Below are positions 30,873 to 40,224 of a stretch of DNA of 64,000 bases, one piece after another (within the stretch, counting starts at the first letter, position 1; each line of letters opens with the position of its first letter). Source of the stretch: a virus; the IMG/VR virus record IMGVR_UViG_3300043438_002264, positions 60,541 through 124,540 of that record. One strand, given 5' to 3'. Both the position numbers and the translations under genes were made by a program. The notes under the pieces were generated by a model. It did no database searches. It was given only the letters and a program-made list of their open reading frames with translations, and was not told the origin of the DNA.

Positions 30873-31328
30873 TTAGCATCTGACGCATTCCGCCCACATG
30901 CCACAGCTTCCGTCTGCATAGGTAGTACAAATAAACCCTCCAGTACATGAAGGCTGCTGATATAAGATGGTGTATAAAGATGGGCAGGGTGCAGGTGCAA
31001 AGCTGAATGGTGCAAAAGAAAATGTTGTTGTTATTTGAACAGAATACGGAGACCAATCTCCTAAGCCAACTGCATTTTGTGCACGTACACGATATTTCTG
31101 GCCAGTTCCAGCTTCTTGCGATACAATAGCAGATGTGCTTACCGTTGTTCCACTCTTGCCGTCATCACTTTCCCAATAATAAAGTAAAATTGGGCTTCCT
31201 CCATTATTTGGAGCAACCCAGCTAATGTTATCTTGGTTAGCATTTGGTGAGGATACAGATGGGGCAGATGGGGCGGCTGGGACCGTTAGACCCAATGATC
31301 CAACAAGCCCGCCTAAAATTCCGCCCAT
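30873..31328 (-). CDS. FN3-domain protein with FSFAP motif and Cys-rich tail
   Basis: PAAPSAP...ISWVAPNNGGSPI..Y...YRVRAQNAVGLGDWS FN3 pattern. Confidence 0.7.
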   Translation of the reverse strand: MGGILGGLVGSLGLTVPAAPSAPSVSSPNANQDNISWVAPNNGGSPILLYYWESDDGKSGTTVSTSAIVSQEAGTGQKYRVRAQNAVGLGDWSPYSVQITTTFSFAPFSFAPAPCPSLYTILYQQPSCTGGFICTTYADGSCGMWAECVRC

Positions 31329-32191
31329 TAGGTTAGTCCACTACCAGAAACTATCCACGTAGTTGATTCTACTTTTACAGCTGTTGCTAGTCCGTATGCG
31401 GCAAGAGACCTAGTTCCTGTAAGGGAACTTCCAGCAAGCCTAAGGGTGTCAGTTGTAATTGCAATAGAGCTGGTTACGTTTCCATTTATAATAACAATAG
31501 CTGTTCCAATTTCAAACGGTACTGAAGAGTTAGCTGGGATTGTAATAGTTTGTGAAGAACCAGTTACATAAATATGTTCACCTGCGTGAGCTTTACTTAA
31601 GGTTAATCCGCCAGAAGCAAGAATATTTTGTGGCATTCCAATATAACCAACTGATGATGCCGTGTTGGTGTTTGCAGATGGTTCAGCTGTCAAAAGACCA
31701 GACTTTGCATTTAACTGAGTTTGAATTGCAGAGGTTACGCCATCTACATAGTTAAGCTCTGTTGCTGTTGCACTAAGGGCTACATCCTCATTAATCTTTG
31801 GCGAGGTAAGTGTTTTGTTGGTAAAAGTCTCTGTTTTAGATGCAGTTGATTTATCATTTAACTGAGTCTGTATTGAAGATGTTACCCCGTCCAAATACCC
31901 AATTTCAGTATCGGATACGTTGGTAACTTTGTCTTGCTTTGTTGATAGATCTACAGTTGCCCAGCTAGCAGCTGTTCCATCAGTAGTTAAAAACTTGCCA
32001 GAATTGCTTGTTTGAGTTGGGAGTGCTTGTTCAGAAATTGATTTTAAGGAATTCCAGGCGGTAGCCCCATCGCCTATCTTAAAAATCTTTGTATCATAAG
32101 CAAATCCAATTTCGCCAGCAGCTAAAACGGTATTTGCGGTAGACCATTGGCTGGCAGTACCACGTCTTTGAAGCATTCTGTATAGGGTCAT
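31328..32191 (-). CDS. Fibre protein with Mtd-N/hyaluronidase-N-like N-terminus
   Basis: QRRGTASQWSTANTVLAAGEIGFAYDTKIFKIGDG; DGVTSSIQTQLN repeats; conserved C-terminal adaptor domain. Confidence 0.75.
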   Translation of the reverse strand: MTLYRMLQRRGTASQWSTANTVLAAGEIGFAYDTKIFKIGDGATAWNSLKSISEQALPTQTSNSGKFLTTDGTAASWATVDLSTKQDKVTNVSDTEIGYLDGVTSSIQTQLNDKSTASKTETFTNKTLTSPKINEDVALSATATELNYVDGVTSAIQTQLNAKSGLLTAEPSANTNTASSVGYIGMPQNILASGGLTLSKAHAGEHIYVTGSSQTITIPANSSVPFEIGTAIVIINGNVTSSIAITTDTLRLAGSSLTGTRSLAAYGLATAVKVESTTWIVSGSGLT

Positions 32192-32216
32192 GTTACTATT
32201 TTAACACATTAAAAGA

Positions 32217-32816
32217 TTAAAATCCTTTTATTTCCCAGTCATCCCAATTTGTGGCTTCGTAGTCTACCCCAGGCATCCAGGCTTTTCCAACCTTACCTAC
32301 CCAGGCTTCCGAAAGAAATAGGGGGCTATCTTCAATTGTGTTAATTCTATATCTATTTTCTTCATTTTCAACAAAAAAGATTAAGTCGCCTGATTCTAAA
32401 TTAAAAGTTTTATCCCATCCTGGAAAGCTAATAGATCCTCCATTAAAGTCATCGTTCCAATAAATGTAGGATTTATAGGTTCCTTCTGGCTTTTCTGGGT
32501 CAAACTGTGGGCCTAGGCAAGTGCCTGGCTTATACCTTGCAATATAGTGTTTTGAAAACATTGGGGGATGGTATTCATCATTTTCTATACTCTGAACGTT
32601 CTCGTAATATCCCTTAGAGTATTTTGAAAAAATTTCTAATATATCATCTGGCATTTCTCCACGAGTATGCAAATCAAAAACAGCATTGTTTTTTTCAAAA
32701 AGCTCATTGTGAAGCGGTACGTGATCTTCTTTTGTATTAAACTTAATTGACTTAATGTAATCCTGAACAATTTTTACATCTTCTGGAGATATAAACTGTT
32801 TTACTAAATGTATCAT
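32217..32816 (-). CDS. 2OG-Fe(II) oxygenase-like protein, metal ligands apparently lost
   Basis: RYKPG..LGPQFD...YWNDDFNGGSISF...GDLIFF prolyl-hydroxylase-type scaffold lacking HxD...H. Confidence 0.6.
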   Translation of the reverse strand: MIHLVKQFISPEDVKIVQDYIKSIKFNTKEDHVPLHNELFEKNNAVFDLHTRGEMPDDILEIFSKYSKGYYENVQSIENDEYHPPMFSKHYIARYKPGTCLGPQFDPEKPEGTYKSYIYWNDDFNGGSISFPGWDKTFNLESGDLIFFVENEENRYRINTIEDSPLFLSEAWVGKVGKAWMPGVDYEATNWDDWEIKGF

Positions 32817-32962
32817 TTAAAGCTCATTCTGCTGCCATGAGAACGATTGTCTGGGCCGCAGGAGGTACAGGAAGAAAGCTTAGCCCCTGTAACGGGACAA
32901 GATTCAACAACTTTTTTATGATTAAACAAAAAACATTTTAAATTTTTAATAAAATTATGCAA
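32813..32962 (-). CDS. Small Cys/His (zinc-finger-like) protein, not in ORF track
   Basis: TTG start; MHNFIKNLKCFLFNHKKVVESCPVTGAKLSSCTSCGPDNRSHGSRMSFK; overlaps both neighbours. Confidence 0.55.
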   Translation of the reverse strand: MHNFIKNLKCFLFNHKKVVESCPVTGAKLSSCTSCGPDNRSHGSRMSFK

Positions 32963-33608
32963 GAGGTATCCAATGCTGTTCTTGTGTCATGCCAATTTCA
33001 TTTTGAAGTCCCCTAAGAGGTAAGACATCGTAGGCAACGCTTATTCTTGGACCTTCCCAATCCCAATCGCCCATTGCGTGTGGATGCCCCATTTCTGATA
33101 AAATTGCACGATTATTTTTATTATGATTTTCTATTTTTTTATCAAAAGTGACGTAATGGGTGACAGATGGCTCTGCCGAAACACAGTAATATCCATGAAA
33201 AAATGGAGCACCCTCTGCTCCGTGATCGTGCCAATCAAGTTTTCCTTTATGAGCTTCATTAATATTAAACCAGCCCTGAAGCATAAATTGCTGTTTCTCA
33301 AAGTCTATATCGTAGTAATCGCAGGCTTCGTGAACCATCGTAGATATTCCATCATAAAGTTTTCTAATTCCATCAATATGAAATTGAAAAACATTATACT
33401 CTCTCCACTTAATTGTAGAAAGGCTATTAGACTCTAGCCAAAGTTCTTGGTCATGAATTTTTGTGACTCCAGGAACTTCGATTTTTTTTATTTGCATATA
33501 TCGGTCTACAAGCTCTCCTGAAAGTTGCTCTAAATCATTTTCTAAAAATATATCAAAAAATTTATGTGGTTGTGTAGATTTGCTTACGCTTTTAATTTCA
33601 TTATCCAT
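32955..33608 (-). CDS. Putative 2OG-Fe(II) oxygenase
   Basis: WFNIN...WHDHG...HGYYCV...HPHAMG...RISVAYD double-stranded beta-helix motifs. Confidence 0.7.
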   Translation of the reverse strand: MDNEIKSVSKSTQPHKFFDIFLENDLEQLSGELVDRYMQIKKIEVPGVTKIHDQELWLESNSLSTIKWREYNVFQFHIDGIRKLYDGISTMVHEACDYYDIDFEKQQFMLQGWFNINEAHKGKLDWHDHGAEGAPFFHGYYCVSAEPSVTHYVTFDKKIENHNKNNRAILSEMGHPHAMGDWDWEGPRISVAYDVLPLRGLQNEIGMTQEQHWIPLA

Positions 33609-33666
33609 ATTTCATGCCCTTCTTTTACGATAATTTTGTATAATAATTATACACTATAAAGTTTTA

Positions 33667-35022
33667 TTAGCAAGCAATTATGTCGCCAGCTATAAAGGTA
33701 TTGTCTCCGTCTGGCGTAATTAAATAAACAGTTTCCTCAATATTATCAAGAATTTGAACATCTTCAATAAGTACCTCTTCGAATTCTTCTTCCAAAGGGT
33801 TGTACTGCATAACTATATCTCCAGCAGCAATTGTGCCAGTTATTTCCCAAGCAAAAGTTTCAGTACCCTGTTTTTTTGCAAGAATGGGCTGAAGTTTTGA
33901 AAAGTGCTTTTTTGCATCAGAATTAAAAATTATTGTGTCTGTTACAACTTTAGAGGAAATGTCTTTTACATAAGCAAAATTGTGTTTAAGACTAGTTATC
34001 TGCTTATAAAAAACTTTTTCATGTTGATAGTCTAAATAGTCGTCGACATCAAACTCTTCCCAAATAGGACAGATTAGTTTATCTCCAATTTTAAGGTCTT
34101 CAGCTGCAACAAGAACAACCTCAAGGTAGTCATTTATTGTAGATATTTTAGTTTTTGATGCAATGCAGCTTGGAGCAAATCCAAAAGCCCTAAATGGGGC
34201 AAATCCAAAAGCATTAAAAGGATAGAAGTAAAATGGAGAAAAACTAAAAGCCATAAAAGGAGAAAAACCAAAAGCATTAAACGGTGAAAAGCCAAAAGCC
34301 ATAAAAGGAGAGAAACCAAAAGCACTAAACGGTGAAAAGCCAAAGGCTCCAAAAGGAGAAAAGCCAAAAGCTCCGAATGGAGCAAAAGAAAATGTAGTTG
34401 TAATAGAATTGGATGCTGCAGAAGCTAGAGAGTTTCCATTTGCATTAATAGCATAAACGGTATAAGTTTGTGCTGTAGCTGCTTCTTGGTTTACAGTAAC
34501 AGAAAGGTTAGCTGTTGGTCCACCTCCTGGAGTACCTCCAGCAAGGTTTGTCTTGCCATCAGAGGCTGTCCAAATATATCCTGTAATAGTTTTTCCGCCA
34601 GTATTTGGTGCAAGCCAGACAACTACGTCTTGGTTTGCATTTGGAGAAGACGCTGTTGGAGCTGCTGGAGTCGCTGGAACGGTAGTGATTAGTGTAGCTG
34701 TGGATGGATCACTGGGGGCACCTTCATCGCCTTCGCTATTAAATCCTGTTACAGTAAAAGTATATAAAATATTTGACTTAAGACCTGTAATAATTATTGG
34801 AGAAGAAGCTCCAGTGGCAGTTACGGTAGTTTCTCCAGCACTTGCCGCATAAATTTTATAGGAAACAGCTAGGTCTACAGAACTAAATTCAACAACTGCA
34901 GAACCATTGTCAAAAGGTCTATCTGTTCCTACATCATTTGCTGTTGGTGGACCTGGTGGTAGTGGAATTAGGAAATCATTTGCCGCTAGGGACTTTCTAC
35001 CAGTTCTTTTACTTACCGCCAT
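33667..35022 (-). CDS. FN3-repeat protein with Phe-rich octapeptide repeats and C-terminal Hint-like domain
   Basis: Two FN3-like domains, about 9 (xAFGFSPF)-type repeats, then CIASKTKI...AEDLKIGDKL...VYLITPDGDNTFIAGDIIAC. Confidence 0.75.
   Translation of the reverse strand: MAVSKRTGRKSLAANDFLIPLPPGPPTANDVGTDRPFDNGSAVVEFSSVDLAVSYKIYAASAGETTVTATGASSPIIITGLKSNILYTFTVTGFNSEGDEGAPSDPSTATLITTVPATPAAPTASSPNANQDVVVWLAPNTGGKTITGYIWTASDGKTNLAGGTPGGGPTANLSVTVNQEAATAQTYTVYAINANGNSLASAASNSITTTFSFAPFGAFGFSPFGAFGFSPFSAFGFSPFMAFGFSPFNAFGFSPFMAFSFSPFYFYPFNAFGFAPFRAFGFAPSCIASKTKISTINDYLEVVLVAAEDLKIGDKLICPIWEEFDVDDYLDYQHEKVFYKQITSLKHNFAYVKDISSKVVTDTIIFNSDAKKHFSKLQPILAKKQGTETFAWEITGTIAAGDIVMQYNPLEEEFEEVLIEDVQILDNIEETVYLITPDGDNTFIAGDIIAC
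34168..34392 (-). repeat. 24-bp coding tandem repeat (xAFGFSPF)n
   Basis: Periodic units such as aaaaggagaaaagccaaaagc on the plus strand. Confidence 0.85.
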
Positions 35023-35037
35023 CAGTTTTTCTCTCTA

Positions 35038-35724
35038 CTAAGCTTCTAGGTCTCCGAATAGCACCCAGCTATTTCTAGACCTCTTAAATATTGTACCAGA
35101 TGACCACTTAGTTCGTAGCTTATTTCCTGGAGTAAAAGCTAATCCAACCTTAAAAGTTAGTGTACCAGAAACTTGATCAGAAAACGGAGTATCTACTGTT
35201 ACTTCTGTTCCATTTGTACTAACTACTAAAGTTCCTGGAACAATTCCAGTACCAGAAATTCCCTGTCCAGCTTCAACGTTTAAGTTTTGTGCTGAAAGAG
35301 TAACGGTTATTCCACTAGATGATCCTCCAGAACCATAAGTGGAGGTTGTAATTGGACTTGAGGTGACAGTAACTTGTCCAGAATTAGCTTGTAGAACATC
35401 TAAAGATGAACCTATTGGAAAATCTACTTCCTGGTCTGTTGGAATAGTTAGAACAATTGGCAAAGTGCTGTTCATCTCAATCAGACAATCTCTTTCATTA
35501 AGACTTGATAATGTATATGCAGATGTTTTTCTAATTATAGTAGTTCTAGATACAACGCCCTCTTTTGTCTGAAATCCGTCAGTAAATTTAATACCATCGC
35601 TTGGCAAAACTGGTGGATTGGTAAAAACAGGATTAGCAGTAGATGCCTTAGAGGTTAGGTCTGCAATAAGGTTGAGAACCTTCTCTTGACTAATCTCGCT
35701 TACTTTAGCTTTGTTAATTGGCAT
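35038..35724 (-). CDS. Fibre adaptor-like protein
   Basis: Shares the TIP...FPIG...WVLFGDL domain with 31328-32191 and 44699-45334. Confidence 0.6.
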   Translation of the reverse strand: MPINKAKVSEISQEKVLNLIADLTSKASTANPVFTNPPVLPSDGIKFTDGFQTKEGVVSRTTIIRKTSAYTLSSLNERDCLIEMNSTLPIVLTIPTDQEVDFPIGSSLDVLQANSGQVTVTSSPITTSTYGSGGSSSGITVTLSAQNLNVEAGQGISGTGIVPGTLVVSTNGTEVTVDTPFSDQVSGTLTFKVGLAFTPGNKLRTKWSSGTIFKRSRNSWVLFGDLEA

Positions 35725-35741
35725 CTACATACCCTTCCTAA

Positions 35742-38700
35742 TTAAGCCTGAGCTTCAGTCCAGGATAATCTTCCAAGAATGTCGATGGAGGATCCTCCAG
35801 CTGTGTTTAGGTTTGTAACCACAATCGTAAGAGTGTCTGGTCCATCTGGGTAAAGCTGGGTAGCTGAAGATGTACTTCCTCCACCAAGAATTGAGTTTCC
35901 AAGATCTCTCAACTGAGTTAAATCAATCGAATCAGTTCCTTGAGACAAGAAACCACCAGTAATTTCTCCACCAGTAACGGTCACGTTAGATGCACTTGGA
36001 TAAACTGCAATTTGTGAGAGAGATGAGTTTGCAATTCCTGCTGCACCTTCTGTTGGGGTTGTCCAAGTTGCAGCTGATGATGGTGTTGCATTAAGGAATG
36101 CTCTAACCAAGTAGTTGGAGCTAGATGTTCTTGTAGAAACACCAAGAGTATTTAGCTTTAGCTGCATTCTGTTAATTAGATCACGCTGACCAAATGCTGC
36201 TGCAATACCATTATCTGCTGATGGAGCTACACGAATTGCAAATAGTGCACGAGAAGCTTGTGCTGGAATTACGGTTGGAGTTGTCATTCCGTAGGTAAAG
36301 ATAAGAGACTTATCGTCATCAAATCCTCCATCCATAATTACTGAGGTACCCCAGTGAGAAAGGCTTGGTCCATAAGATGGAAAAGCTAATTCTACAGATG
36401 TTGGAGCAGTAACCGAATAAGCAAATGTCTCAGCAGCTGAAGCTCCCATAGGGGAAATCAAAACATCTGTTGGGTTTGCTCCTGTAGCAGCATTGCTTAG
36501 TCTAACAGAGTTATTAGATACATTAATATTTGTGATATAAGTTCCTTCTGGAATTGATGCAGAGTGAACTCTCATACCGACCTGAAGAGCACTGACGCTT
36601 GTTAAAGTTCCTGAGTTTGACCCAGCAGCAATCGTCATAGTTGCGGCTGTTGTAATTCCAGCTTTAGCTCTTGTTAAGTTAAGGAATGAGTCTGCATCAC
36701 GTGAAGAATAGTTCACATATTCTGTGGTCGATCCATTTTTAATAAGCAAAGTTCCTACATTGGGGAATCCTGCAGTGCTTACAACAGAAAGGCTTGTGTC
36801 TAGTGCACCTATAAGTGCTGTTGTTTGAGTGATAGGCTGTAAGGCAGAAGATTCATATCTTGCTGGCAAGTTACCAGAACGCATGTAGGCTTCTTGATTA
36901 ATGTTATTGTTTTCCATCTTGTGGACGTAGGTAACTTCTCCGTTAATTCCTCTTACACCCCAACGAACATATCCAGCACCGTACCATGAGTAGTCGATGT
37001 AGAACATCTGCATTTTAGTTAGGTCTATGTTAAATCCAGAAGGTCCAGTTCCATCAATCTTGTCAATGTTAAACTGTGATTGGGGGATTCTAGTTTCTAC
37101 TGTTTTTGATGCAACAACATGTGTAGCAGTTGCTCCACGGTATGTAGGGGATATTGACAATGATGTGTCCGAAGCAATTCCTTCTATCTTGTAAGACTGT
37201 CCACGAAGAACGATATAATCTCCGATTGATAACTGCTTAGCAAATGATGTTGGGAATGATGCATCTGTCTGAGATACAGTAGAAGATCCATTTGTGACAG
37301 TTACACGGCCAGAAATCTGGAACGTAGAGTTTCTACGAACTGCCGATAATACCTGACCATCAAATTCCCAGAAAAGTCCATTTTGCTGGTCAAAGCTTCC
37401 TAGTCTATTTACTGCTCCATACCAGCCATTAATTGCTGCATAGTATGGGCCAGTTCCTACGGTTCCAACTGGTTCTGATAGCATTGTATACTGGAATGTA
37501 TTAAAACCAGTTACAGAAGTAATTTCAAAGGTTCCGTTGTAAGCTGCATCAAGACATCCAGCGATTGTTACGCTAGTTCCTGGCTGAATGTTGTGTCTTT
37601 CTTTTGTCAATACCGTTGCAACTAGTCCAGATGATGTAATTGAATCTAGCTGTAGGTTTGGCTTTAGAATAGTTCCAGAGGAAATCTGAATACCCTTACC
37701 AGACTGGTAGCGGAAATAACGTCTAGTCTGACGAATTAGCTGCTCTCCATTAGAACTTGAGTTTGATGAAAAGATTACTCCTCCATCGAATGGACGGTGC
37801 AGTACCTGTCCCTGTGGAACAACATAGATAAGTACGCTAGTTGCGGCCAGAGTTCCAGTTGGAGCTGCGTTAACATAGTATTTAAAAACTGTTGGGCTAA
37901 TTACTGTTGAAACAATCTGAGTTCCATTTGGAGCATTAGTAGATGCTGTTGCACCAATTACTGCAATTTCATTTCCAATAGAAAGACCGTGTGGAACAGT
38001 TGTTGTTACTGTAATCTCACGACCAGAGTAAGTCATTGTTGGTGCTCCACCAATTCTTGCTGATGAATAAACGTTTCCTTCATAAACAGCTGTCTTATTT
38101 GGATCAAGAATATTTGTAATTGATGTAGTGTTTGTGGCTCTAGCAGTATAAGTAATTTCTCCAGTTCCACCACCTGACTCAATAATAAAGTTACCGTTTG
38201 CAATTGTTAAAAATGCGTCCTGAACATAAATTGCAGAACCGTTAGCTGGGAAGTTTCCAGAAGATCTAGTAACTGTCACTGTTCTTGAGCCATTGCTCAT
38301 TGTCATTGCAGAGATGGAAGTTACTGCGTTTGCACTTGGAAATGCAAATGGTCTATTGTTAACCATGGCGAGGTTTTCCCACTTGGTTTGCTGAGCACCG
38401 TACTCGAAGTCTGTATCAATAAGTGCTTGTGCCTGAGAAACACGGAATTTGTTTACTGGGTCTTTAAGATTTTCGGCTGGAGCCATAGTCTCGTCTACCT
38501 GGTCAACAATAAACTGAAGCTTGTCAGTAGATAGCATTGCTGCTGTATTAAAGTTTAAGGTAATAGTGGTAGTTCCAGTTGCACCAGAAATAGAAGTTGT
38601 ATAGGCTGTTGCTTTTAGTGAAGGATCAGAGAAGTTATAAATTACCTGTCCCGCAGTTACGTTAGTAATAAGAATAAGCTGTTCTTGCTTAATAATTCCT

Positions 38701-38768
38701 GGGTATGTGATAACCCTAGTAGATGGATTAAGGGTATATCCTTTTAGATCCAAAATTCTTCTTGCCAT
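35742..38768 (-). CDS. Large virion fibre/spike protein with repeated small beta domains
   Basis: 1008 aa, Thr/Ser/Gly-rich; TVTTTVPHGLSIG and ERHNIQPG repeats. Confidence 0.6.
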   Translation of the reverse strand: MARRILDLKGYTLNPSTRVITYPGIIKQEQLILITNVTAGQVIYNFSDPSLKATAYTTSISGATGTTTITLNFNTAAMLSTDKLQFIVDQVDETMAPAENLKDPVNKFRVSQAQALIDTDFEYGAQQTKWENLAMVNNRPFAFPSANAVTSISAMTMSNGSRTVTVTRSSGNFPANGSAIYVQDAFLTIANGNFIIESGGGTGEITYTARATNTTSITNILDPNKTAVYEGNVYSSARIGGAPTMTYSGREITVTTTVPHGLSIGNEIAVIGATASTNAPNGTQIVSTVISPTVFKYYVNAAPTGTLAATSVLIYVVPQGQVLHRPFDGGVIFSSNSSSNGEQLIRQTRRYFRYQSGKGIQISSGTILKPNLQLDSITSSGLVATVLTKERHNIQPGTSVTIAGCLDAAYNGTFEITSVTGFNTFQYTMLSEPVGTVGTGPYYAAINGWYGAVNRLGSFDQQNGLFWEFDGQVLSAVRRNSTFQISGRVTVTNGSSTVSQTDASFPTSFAKQLSIGDYIVLRGQSYKIEGIASDTSLSISPTYRGATATHVVASKTVETRIPQSQFNIDKIDGTGPSGFNIDLTKMQMFYIDYSWYGAGYVRWGVRGINGEVTYVHKMENNNINQEAYMRSGNLPARYESSALQPITQTTALIGALDTSLSVVSTAGFPNVGTLLIKNGSTTEYVNYSSRDADSFLNLTRAKAGITTAATMTIAAGSNSGTLTSVSALQVGMRVHSASIPEGTYITNINVSNNSVRLSNAATGANPTDVLISPMGASAAETFAYSVTAPTSVELAFPSYGPSLSHWGTSVIMDGGFDDDKSLIFTYGMTTPTVIPAQASRALFAIRVAPSADNGIAAAFGQRDLINRMQLKLNTLGVSTRTSSSNYLVRAFLNATPSSAATWTTPTEGAAGIANSSLSQIAVYPSASNVTVTGGEITGGFLSQGTDSIDLTQLRDLGNSILGGGSTSSATQLYPDGPDTLTIVVTNLNTAGGSSIDILGRLSWTEAQA

Positions 38769-38769
38769 A

Positions 38770-40122
38770 TTAATATCCTCCTAAGACAATATCCATTGCT
38801 TTAAATGGATAAACCTTTGTTTGTGTAGTTGTTGCCGACCCTACTAAAACTCTTGCATCAAAGCTAGATCCTACTGGAATTGCTTCTGGGAAAGCTATGT
38901 AGCCGTCGTTGTCTATCCTAAAACCTACCCTTGGCATAACAGATTGCCAGACATAATCTGGAGAACCTACTGATTGTATTATACCATCAATTGTTAGTAA
39001 AAGGTTGAAAGGATTTTGAAGTGTTACTGGAAATCCCTGATAGGTGGGTAGAAATCGACTATTGTAGCCATTAAAATAGTTAGATAAATCGTCTATTGTT
39101 GTAATTTCTACAGATGACTGATTTAGTAGATTATCTACATAGTCTTTTGTTGTTGCATGAGAAGACAGGGTCGGTGCTGGCACAGAAATTTCTGCCTCAA
39201 ATAAAGCGTTTCCTGAAAAAGTAGAAACTCCGCTAACATCAAAATCCCCTGAAAAAACAGAGTTTCCGCTAACACCAAGGTTTTCTGTGACATTAAGGTC
39301 CGTTGTGACATCAAGGTTCCCTAGGACATTAAGGTCCATTGTGATTTCAAGGTTTCCTGTGATATCAAGGTCCCCCACGAAAGATAGAGTTTCCCCTTCT
39401 GGGGCTGAAATATCGCCTGCAACTTGTAAACTTCCATCAAGATATAAGTTCTCTCCAAAATCTGCACTTCCAGTAACATTTAGACTTTCTAGAGTTCCAA
39501 CACTTGTTAAGCTAGATCCTAAAATATCCCCACTTAAATTTTTAACATTAAACTCATCAACAGCAATTGTTGCTACAAAGTCCTGATCAACTTCAAGCAG
39601 ATTGTTTTCAATAAGAAGACCAGTTCCAGGTTTTGTTGGTCCCAAAAGATTAAAGGTTAATGGCTGAGTGCCAACCACAATGGTATTACTAGATAATGAC
39701 CAATAACTTTCTCCATTTACAGAACCAGACCTAACATAAATCTGGTCTCCAGTTCTTATTTGATCATTAGCATTATAATCTAAAGCTCTTGTCGCTGGTC
39801 CAGAAGAATTTACAACATAAATACCATTTTGAGAGGCAGTTGTTTGATTTTTAATTAAAATTCTTGTGTTGGCTTCAAGCGTGATTCCGTCTATAATATC
39901 TCCAACAATAGTATCTGTTGAAATATTTATATTAGCTGTTGTTGCACATCCAACTGGGTCAATAACAAATCCAAGAATAGCGGCATCTACATAACCCTTA
40001 CTAGCTGCATGATCAGCAGCAGTGGGTTCGCCAATTTCGATTGCCTGGCCAAAGGTTGCTCCGCCAGAAACGGCTAAGCCATGCTTGACTTTAAAGTCTT
40101 TATTTGTTGTAGTCAATAGCAC
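38770..40122 (-). CDS. Fibre protein with beta-helix-like repeats
   Basis: RILIKNQTTASQNGIYVV domain; (GDLDIT/GNLEIT)n repeats; likely start is TTG at 40116 after AGGAG. Confidence 0.6.
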   Translation of the reverse strand: MLLTTTNKDFKVKHGLAVSGGATFGQAIEIGEPTAADHAASKGYVDAAILGFVIDPVGCATTANINISTDTIVGDIIDGITLEANTRILIKNQTTASQNGIYVVNSSGPATRALDYNANDQIRTGDQIYVRSGSVNGESYWSLSSNTIVVGTQPLTFNLLGPTKPGTGLLIENNLLEVDQDFVATIAVDEFNVKNLSGDILGSSLTSVGTLESLNVTGSADFGENLYLDGSLQVAGDISAPEGETLSFVGDLDITGNLEITMDLNVLGNLDVTTDLNVTENLGVSGNSVFSGDFDVSGVSTFSGNALFEAEISVPAPTLSSHATTKDYVDNLLNQSSVEITTIDDLSNYFNGYNSRFLPTYQGFPVTLQNPFNLLLTIDGIIQSVGSPDYVWQSVMPRVGFRIDNDGYIAFPEAIPVGSSFDARVLVGSATTTQTKVYPFKAMDIVLGGY

Positions 40123-40224
40123 TCCTATTACTATAAGATAATTATAGTCTACCCCAATTTTACCATATATTATAAAAATAAAGCCTTTCCCTGGCTAAAG
40201 AGAAAGGCCTTATCTTTTTTTAAA

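Noticed and set aside
33667-34167. C-terminal Hint domain as a true splicing intein
   Set aside because: Ends in AC-stop with no His-Asn and no C-extein, and has no endonuclease; at most N-terminal cleavage is possible
34168-34392. 24-bp periodic repeat as a CRISPR array
   Set aside because: No unique spacers, in-frame coding with synonymous variation, and no cas genes
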